Positions 57,832 through 64,000 of a stretch of 64,000 nucleotides of DNA are shown here, in pieces. Source of the stretch: Nitrososphaerota archaeon (GTDB taxonomy: Archaea; Thermoproteota; EX4484-205; JAAOZP01); assembly GCA_011605725.1 (NCBI GenBank), contig JAAOZP010000004.1, positions 96,001 to 160,000 on the forward strand. Reading direction: 5' to 3'. Numbering within the stretch: position 1 is the first letter of the stretch; every line of letters starts with the position of its first letter. The notes beneath the pieces are model-generated. The model was not told the DNA's origin. It saw nothing but the letters and a program-made list of their open reading frames with translations, and searched no databases. Both the position numbers and the translations under genes were made by a program.

Positions 57832-58656
57832 TCAGTCTTCCACACCCTCCTTAAAGACGAGCGGCGGAGGAGCCTCTTTAACGCTCACACCTGGAACATA
57901 ACCATAGTTCTCCCTGAACCATTCGTTAAGCTCGTGGTAGAGCCTGGTTAACGGGATTTCAACTGGGCAGGCTGATTCGCAAGCACCGCATTCGACGCAA
58001 CGACCAGCCATGTGGAGAGCCCGGGTAAGATGGAAAGTGAAAAGCTCCTGTGGAACCCTAAGCCTGTGAACCAGATCCGGTTTAAACCCTTCTATGGAGC
58101 ACTCCGTACAGTAGCAAAGGGGACATGCTTTAATGCACGACATGCATTTCAAGCATTTTCTGAAAAGGCTCAGCCAGTCTAAAGCATCCTTCCCGTTAAC
58201 CGGGTTTTCAACAAGGTGAGCCTGCCCGTCTTGCTTCACAATATAGTCTGCAACCGGTGAAACCCGTGAAACGCATCTTCTACAGTAGTCCGCCAGCCTC
58301 CTATCGGCGCTGTTCGAGCCATACTTGTAAGGTTTTAAAACACCGGTGCACTCCACAGCTATCACTACGATACTTCCCTTATCAACCTGGTTCTCCTTAA
58401 TCAGCTCCACGATGGATCTTCCATCGCAACCCTTAGCAACAATCCCAATCCTCAACCCTCTGAGGCCCCTTAAGTATCTCGCAAGGTTAAACCAGCATTC
58501 AGCGTTCCACACGAGCTTCCCAGCCTCCTCCGGTTTTGAAACAAAGCATGGCCTAACGCTCCCCCCGTGATATTCGTAGCCTACTATAAGCTCAACCTCC
58601 TTCCTATCCAAAAGTCTCCTAGCTATGCTTCTCAGCTCCTCCTCAGCCCTGCTCAA
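57832..58656 (-). CDS. Fe-S protein (FlxC/FlxD C-terminal, FrhB-like)
   Basis: AKGCD.RS, CLKCMSC..CPLCYC..C, HMAGRCVECGAC..CP. Confidence 0.82.
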   Translation of the reverse strand: MSRAEEELRSIARRLLDRKEVELIVGYEYHGGSVRPCFVSKPEEAGKLVWNAECWFNLARYLRGLRGLRIGIVAKGCDGRSIVELIKENQVDKGSIVVIAVECTGVLKPYKYGSNSADRRLADYCRRCVSRVSPVADYIVKQDGQAHLVENPVNGKDALDWLSLFRKCLKCMSCIKACPLCYCTECSIEGFKPDLVHRLRVPQELFTFHLTRALHMAGRCVECGACESACPVEIPLTRLYHELNEWFRENYGYVPGVSVKEAPPPLVFKEGVED

Positions 58657-59065
58657 CCATTCTCCCCCCTATGTTTAATGGTCCGAGCCTCTCAACTTCC
58701 CCGAGTATTCTTGAAACCTCTGCGGAGAACAAGCCTCCCTCGTTAGACGAGATCCAGAGTATTCTCAGCCTATCTTCCTCAACCCCGACTGTTTTCAAAA
58801 GCCTACGGAGAAGACTTACCCTAGCCTCAGTAACCCTGCTTGGTGAAACTCTTCTAAGCTCACTAGGCTTGCATGCCGTGACCAAGACAGCGTCAGCACC
58901 CTTTTCGAAAGCCTTAACGATCAGGCTTAGGTTTATGATTGCGGAGCAAGGAACCCTGACTGTTAACACGTTATGAGGATACGTGAAGCCTTCGAAACCG
59001 GCTTGGTCGACACCGGAGCTGGAACACCAGCATGTAAACACTATTACTCTAGGCTTCCACGTCAA
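58643..59065 (-). CDS. mvhD: MvhD/FlpD-like subunit
   Basis: W.P.V..F.C, Y....VRVPCS, GAD.V...C, R...W.S..EG. Confidence 0.8.
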   Translation of the reverse strand: MTWKPRVIVFTCWCSSSGVDQAGFEGFTYPHNVLTVRVPCSAIINLSLIVKAFEKGADAVLVTACKPSELRRVSPSRVTEARVSLLRRLLKTVGVEEDRLRILWISSNEGGLFSAEVSRILGEVERLGPLNIGGRMVEQG

Positions 59066-59069
59066 CCCC

Positions 59070-60962
59070 CTAGTCCTCCAGCATTGCGGAAACCATTGGG
59101 GCAAGCTGCTTCAGACCCCAGTTGCCGAGGATAATCGCTTCCTGAGGACACGCCGCCAAGCATGCTCCACACCCGTTGCAAACACTCTCGAGAACCCTGA
59201 CTTTATCTCCCTCTCTAACTATGGCACCGTACTCGCACGACGTTAAGCATCTTCCGCAGCCGGTACACTTCTCCAAGACCCTGGCGTAATCCGGAAGCCT
59301 AAGGCTGCCCCTCCTGAAGAGACCTGTAACAAGCGCAGCTGCACCACTCCCCTCCACAGCGCTTTCAACAATATCCTTTGGACCGTGACACGTGCCTGCG
59401 ACAAATATTCCCCTAACCCTTGTTTCAAGCGGCTTCATCTTAGCATGAGACTCCTCGATGAAACCGTTCTTGTCAACAGTGACGCCCAGTCTCTCAGCGA
59501 GTTCAAGCATTCTCCTGGAAGGCTTAAAGCCGAGTGCTAGGACAACCATGTCCACCTCCAGCTCACCCCTAACACCTGTTAAAGTATCCTCGTAGACTAT
59601 CAGAAGATTCCCGTTTCCAGCCCTCCTTATCTCAGACGGCCTCGACCTTATGAAGACAACACCATCCTCCAGACACCTCCTGTAGAGAAGATCCTCCCAG
59701 CCTTTCCCGAATGCTCTAAGCTCGTTGTAGAATATGAAGACCTTGGCCTCCTTGTCGTGCTCAAGGATCAGCCTAGCCTCCTTCATGCTTGCAGCGCAAC
59801 AGTAGTATGAGCATTCCTCTATCCCGGCTCCGGACTCCCTAGACCCGACGCACTGTATGAAAGCCACCTTTTTAACAGGCTTCCCATCCCTCTTAAGGAG
59901 GATTCCCCCGGTTGGGCCTGAGGCACATATTATTCTCTCAAACTCCATGTTCGTTATAACGTTCTCATACTCCCCGTAGTGATACTCGGGTTTAAGACGA
60001 GGGTTGAAAAGGTCTGAGCCGACTGCGACAACTATGGCTCCAACGTTCAGCTCAACACTCTTAGGCTTATCCTCAAGGTTTATCGCAGCCCTTGTGCAAG
60101 CCTTCATGCATAGCCCGCATTCAACACAGTAGTCCCTGTTTATCACGTATTTCAAGGGTACGGCTTGCGCGAACGGACAGTATATCGCTTTAACAGGCTT
60201 AAGGTCAGCGTCATACTTGTTAGGCTGGTAGACGGGACACACGTTAACACACTCCCCGCAGCCGTTACACTTATCCGGGTCAACATACGTAGGGTTAACC
60301 CTGACCCTAACCTTGAAGTCGCCAACCTTACCCTTTACCTCAACAACCTCAGCGTTAGGAATAATAGTGATATTCTTATTCCTGCCCGCTTCCGAGAGAA
60401 GCGGCCCCTCCACGCAGATCGAACAATCTAAAGTTGGAAACGTCTTATCCAGCTGAGCCATCACGCCACCTATGCTGGGCTCCTTCTCAACAATGTATAC
60501 ACGGTAGCCGGCGTCAGCAATGTCTAGAGCACACCTGACCCCTGCTATTCCTCCCCCTATGACGAGCGCCTCCTTAACAATCTTCAAACCCTCCGTGCTA
60601 ATAGGCTCAACGTGCAGAGCCTTCTGAACAGCCCCCTTCACAAGGCGGATTGCTTTCCAAGTTGCTTCCTCCCTGCTTCCACAAGCCCAGGCGCAATGCT
60701 CCCTTATGTTTACGAACTCCACGAGGCCCATGGAGCCTTTGAAAACAGCTTCAAGAAGCCTGTTTGAGCATGCTGCGACGACAATCCTACCGTCAGCCTC
60801 CAGGCTAAGACTTTCATAAACATTCTTCTCGCAGAGAGCATCTGAAACCAGAACCCTGCGCACCAGAGGATTATCTGAAAAAACGTTTCTAAGCTTTTCG
60901 AAATCCATTTTCTCCAGCAGGGTCGAGTAGCAGGTGCATAGCACGAGTGTCACACGTCTCAA
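59070..60962 (-). CDS. hdrA: Heterodisulfide reductase subunit A
   Basis: NIREHCAW, VIGGGIAG, LDKTFPTLDC, QCVGSR, CS..CC, GPKDI. Confidence 0.95.
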   Translation of the reverse strand: MRRVTLVLCTCYSTLLEKMDFEKLRNVFSDNPLVRRVLVSDALCEKNVYESLSLEADGRIVVAACSNRLLEAVFKGSMGLVEFVNIREHCAWACGSREEATWKAIRLVKGAVQKALHVEPISTEGLKIVKEALVIGGGIAGVRCALDIADAGYRVYIVEKEPSIGGVMAQLDKTFPTLDCSICVEGPLLSEAGRNKNITIIPNAEVVEVKGKVGDFKVRVRVNPTYVDPDKCNGCGECVNVCPVYQPNKYDADLKPVKAIYCPFAQAVPLKYVINRDYCVECGLCMKACTRAAINLEDKPKSVELNVGAIVVAVGSDLFNPRLKPEYHYGEYENVITNMEFERIICASGPTGGILLKRDGKPVKKVAFIQCVGSRESGAGIEECSYYCCAASMKEARLILEHDKEAKVFIFYNELRAFGKGWEDLLYRRCLEDGVVFIRSRPSEIRRAGNGNLLIVYEDTLTGVRGELEVDMVVLALGFKPSRRMLELAERLGVTVDKNGFIEESHAKMKPLETRVRGIFVAGTCHGPKDIVESAVEGSGAAALVTGLFRRGSLRLPDYARVLEKCTGCGRCLTSCEYGAIVREGDKVRVLESVCNGCGACLAACPQEAIILGNWGLKQLAPMVSAMLED

Positions 60963-61708
60963 CGCTTAACCATCCTCCTACGCAGCGTTTCCGGGAACCC
61001 TATCTGAACAGGGTCTGAACCCAGCGAGAACGCTGAAAGCTGGGCGAGATGGAGAACAGGAATCCGGCTTACCGGGTTCAGTCGAAGCATGCAGTGCGAA
61101 CATGTTGCGACGATGCAGTCTGCCCCAGCCTCCTCCGCCGAACCCGCCTTCAACCTAGCCATTTCCCCACTAATCTTCTCGTCTGAAACAAACCCGCCGC
61201 AACAGTCGAGCTCACGCTCGTAAGACACGGGAAGAAACCCAAGCATTTCAAGAACACTCTTAACAATCTTAGGATCCTCAGGATTATCCAAGCTTCTTCC
61301 AGAGGATCTTAGAAAACGACAACTGTGCTGAACCGCACACCTTAAACCTGTGAAGCCAAGCCGCGGCTTCACCTCTCTAAGCCTCTCCAGCAGCAGTGCT
61401 TGAAAGGGCTTCACCTCAGGAGGCTTAACACTCTTTCTCTCAGCGAGAATCGTGAAAGCGTCGCTAAGACTTGCGAAACAATCGTCGCAAGCCGTTACAA
61501 CAGTACTGTTTAAAAGCCTCATGTTCCTCTCGTTAAGCCTGAGCCAAGCCTCCCTGCTCAGGGAGAAGAACCAGCATGGGGCGCAGCATGACGCCTCAGG
61601 CTGCTCGACGAATGAGACACCTATCCTGCTAAGAGTCTCCTTAACAGCCTTCTCAACCTCAGGGTGGACAGTCCTTATGACGCAGCCCAAGTACAGGGTT
61701 AGACTCAT
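60959..61708 (-). CDS. hdrB: Heterodisulfide reductase subunit B-like (two CCG domains)
   Basis: Y.GC, SCC, AC..C; HSC, CCGG, TC..C. Confidence 0.85.
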   Translation of the reverse strand: MSLTLYLGCVIRTVHPEVEKAVKETLSRIGVSFVEQPEASCCAPCWFFSLSREAWLRLNERNMRLLNSTVVTACDDCFASLSDAFTILAERKSVKPPEVKPFQALLLERLREVKPRLGFTGLRCAVQHSCRFLRSSGRSLDNPEDPKIVKSVLEMLGFLPVSYERELDCCGGFVSDEKISGEMARLKAGSAEEAGADCIVATCSHCMLRLNPVSRIPVLHLAQLSAFSLGSDPVQIGFPETLRRRMVKR

Positions 61709-62151
61709 TTGAAACCAGCCTCCGACAGGATTCTACGGATCTCTCTTAAACCCTCGCTGCTCACACCAGCCTCAGGCAGTCCCAAGAGCCTCCTCTTCTC
61801 AACAGACCCTGGTGTAAACGGGAAGGCTAAGCCCGTCTCCTTCACCTGCTCAACCATCTTAAGGATGCTTGCAGGAGCCTCACCATTATTCTCATACAGG
61901 ACTTCTCTAAGAGCCATAATTATGCTGAAAGGGTTAACACCCTGGGGGCATCTTTCAGAACACAGGGAGCAGGTTGAGCAGAGCCACGGATCCTGGTCTG
62001 GAATCCTGTTGAACCTGGCTATTGATCCAACAATCCTGCGAGGATTGAAACCGTCACGGATAAGGTTAACTGGACAGGTGGAGGTGCATGAGCCGCACTG
62101 AATACATTTAAGAGGATTCCCTGCTCCCTTACTTCTTAACGTTTCAATCAA
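61705..62151 (-). CDS. hdrC: Heterodisulfide reductase subunit C
   Basis: CIQCGSCTSTCP, WLCSTCSLCSERCPQGV. Confidence 0.9.
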   Translation of the reverse strand: MIETLRSKGAGNPLKCIQCGSCTSTCPVNLIRDGFNPRRIVGSIARFNRIPDQDPWLCSTCSLCSERCPQGVNPFSIIMALREVLYENNGEAPASILKMVEQVKETGLAFPFTPGSVEKRRLLGLPEAGVSSEGLREIRRILSEAGFK

Positions 62152-62342
62152 TTCCTTTTTACCGTTTTCCTAGCGGGCTCAAACCTGTTTAAATATTTTG
62201 AGAAGCACCGCCGTTTCTAAACGGCAAATGCTTCAAGAGCATGCTCAGCCCCGAAAAACGGTTTAATACAGGACTTATATGGTTCGACATATGCCTGGGC
62301 CGCTGTCGCAATCAACAGCATCACCCGTAGCGCGCGAGAAAG

Positions 62343-63521
62343 CTAGTACTCCGCGACCAGCCATATTGTAGAACCCTTGCCCACGCTTATCCTAAGAGTG
62401 CCAAGAGGGTTGTCCAGGGTTCTCCAGCCATGCTTAACCACTCTGAAAGCCTCTTCCACGAAATTCCCCTCTAAATGCTCCTTAATGCTCACAGCCTGCT
62501 GAACTCTGACCGTCAGAGTTCTTCCAGACGGGCAGGACACTCCGAGGAACACTCTCCTCGCGCCCAGGAGATCGTATAAGGGAGGATTATTAACAGTCTT
62601 CTCGTCGAACACCAGCTTGTCGCACATCCTCCCGTAGGTTCTAGCGTCGAAAATATTGAAACCCGGTTCCCAGACCCAGATCTCATGCCTCCACTGCCTG
62701 CTGTAGTCTACAATTGGAAACGGAGGCGTGTGGGACATGAAGAGGCTGAGGAGAACCTTAGGCTTGCCGTCAGGGCCAGTCGTGAAGGAAGGGTGGCCGA
62801 AGTTGCTGTGGCCGTCGTTGAAAGACACAGGCAGGCTAGCGCTCAACCCCCTTACGTTTGGAGCAAGATAGTTCCCGGACATGGCTATCCGCGACCTCCA
62901 GTTCTGCTTGTCTGAGAAATACTCCACGAGAACACCGAACCTGTTGTTAACCCTGAAAGCATCTATAACGTCGTTAGAACCCTCCCAGCCGGAGAAAACC
63001 ATTTCTTCACAAAGCTCCAGAGCGTTCAAGTCGTCAAAATGCTTCACAAGCCGCCAGAGAACCCTGTCCCCCTTTGGGTAGAATATTGCCGCATTCGGGT
63101 TCTGCTCACTATAGTTTCCCATCAAGGTTAGTAGGCCTGCTCCAGAATCCTGCATTCCTTCCAGCAGCTTTCTCGAGCCGAGCTCCCTTAAACCCCTGTC
63201 GAAAAACCTGATTTGCAATGGCCCGCCTTCAGTCGTGAGAACGGTGAAACCGTCTCTCCAAGGATCGTAAATCGCGTTGACAGCATCCCTCGTAGGCGGT
63301 GACGAAAGTATCCTTCTGACTCTGTTAACAGTCATATCTTTCTCAACCTCAGCGAAAAAGACTTCTCTAGAGTTAGCGTTCCTCCAACCCGTGAAGAAGA
63401 GGACCCAGCTTCCCGTCTCAGGATCGTAAACCATCCTCGGTGTTCCAACCCCGCCAGCAATATCCGGAATGCTATCCCTGTACCTGGACGGAACTATCAA
63501 CGGGTAGACTCTTCCAGTCAT
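62343..63521 (-). CDS. Hypothetical beta-propeller protein, possibly glycoside hydrolase-like
   Basis: Propeller-blade-like motifs (PRMVYDP..WVLFFT, GHPSF). Confidence 0.5.
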   Translation of the reverse strand: MTGRVYPLIVPSRYRDSIPDIAGGVGTPRMVYDPETGSWVLFFTGWRNANSREVFFAEVEKDMTVNRVRRILSSPPTRDAVNAIYDPWRDGFTVLTTEGGPLQIRFFDRGLRELGSRKLLEGMQDSGAGLLTLMGNYSEQNPNAAIFYPKGDRVLWRLVKHFDDLNALELCEEMVFSGWEGSNDVIDAFRVNNRFGVLVEYFSDKQNWRSRIAMSGNYLAPNVRGLSASLPVSFNDGHSNFGHPSFTTGPDGKPKVLLSLFMSHTPPFPIVDYSRQWRHEIWVWEPGFNIFDARTYGRMCDKLVFDEKTVNNPPLYDLLGARRVFLGVSCPSGRTLTVRVQQAVSIKEHLEGNFVEEAFRVVKHGWRTLDNPLGTLRISVGKGSTIWLVAEY

Positions 63522-63628
63522 GCAAACACATTGAGAAAAACGTTTGAGAACTTATAAACATAGCTTTTGCAAGATTTAAACAGCCACATCCTGAAAGGTT
63601 AATATATAGAGAGAGGTTTCCACACGTC

Positions 63629-64000
63629 ATGGAACCCGGCCCGCTGGCTAGGAGGCTTGTCGACAAGATTTTTTCAGAGGAGAGAACTGTAGCCGGGCTC
63701 ATGTCTGGGACGAGTGCTGACGGTGTTGACGTGGTTGCCGTAAGATTGAAGGGTCATGGTAAAGAAGTCAGACATAGGGTTCTCCATAAGGATACTGTAC
63801 CATATCCCGGTGAGCTTAGGAAGTACATACTGGATTCTGTTGAAAAGGGCTCTGTCCACGATGCATGCCTCCTAAACTATCTTGTGGCTGAAGCATTTTC
63901 AAACGCTTTGAAGGATTCTATAGAGTGCTCGAGTATCCGTCTCAGCGAGATTGACCTAATAGGGTCGCACGGGCAGACGGTGCACCATTTTCCGGAGTAC
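63629..64000 (+). CDS. anmK: Anhydro-N-acetylmuramic acid kinase, 5' part (runs off the window end)
   Basis: Not in the ORF track; translates to ...AGLMSGTSADGVD...IDLIGSHGQTVHH, the AnmK signatures. Confidence 0.9.
   Translation, partial: MEPGPLARRLVDKIFSEERTVAGLMSGTSADGVDVVAVRLKGHGKEVRHRVLHKDTVPYPGELRKYILDSVEKGSVHDACLLNYLVAEAFSNALKDSIECSSIRLSEIDLIGSHGQTVHHFPEY

Noticed and set aside
2108-63859. Numerous 60-190 aa ORFs antisense to or nested in confident genes
   Set aside because: Shadow frames rich in Ser/Leu/Phe/Pro with no recognisable motifs.

Overview
Gene-dense chromosomal segment of an anaerobic TACK-type archaeon. Evidence for the lineage: eS25, eL33, Alba, Rpo6, a group II chaperonin, CdvA-like and arcadin-1-like genes, and an intron-containing tRNA; a Brockarchaeota/Bathyarchaeia-like placement is only an inference. 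Most of the window is housekeeping or metabolic: pheS/pheT, sua5, ttuA/ttuB, trpB2, ade, 2-oxoacid elongation enzymes, an hdrCBA-mvhD-flx cluster and a partial anmK. Five things stand out. (1) A ~7 kb island splits the pheS-pheT junction, is bounded by a 34/36-identical direct repeat, and carries a probable polymorphic toxin (secreted scaffold plus PD-(D/E)XK C-terminus) with a coupled putative immunity gene. (2) An orphan fragment homologous to that immunity gene lies 40 kb away, again next to a duplicated gene end. (3) Alternating (GC)n tracts sit repeatedly at frameshifts and junctions in decayed DNA, like repair scars. (4) An unannotated ~170-nt rod-shaped, G-U-rich RNA hairpin has its own TATA-like box and U-tract and a 6S-RNA-like shape. 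(5) A 920-aa tandem-AAA plus Lon-protease fusion. All calls come from reading motifs by eye; no database searches were run.
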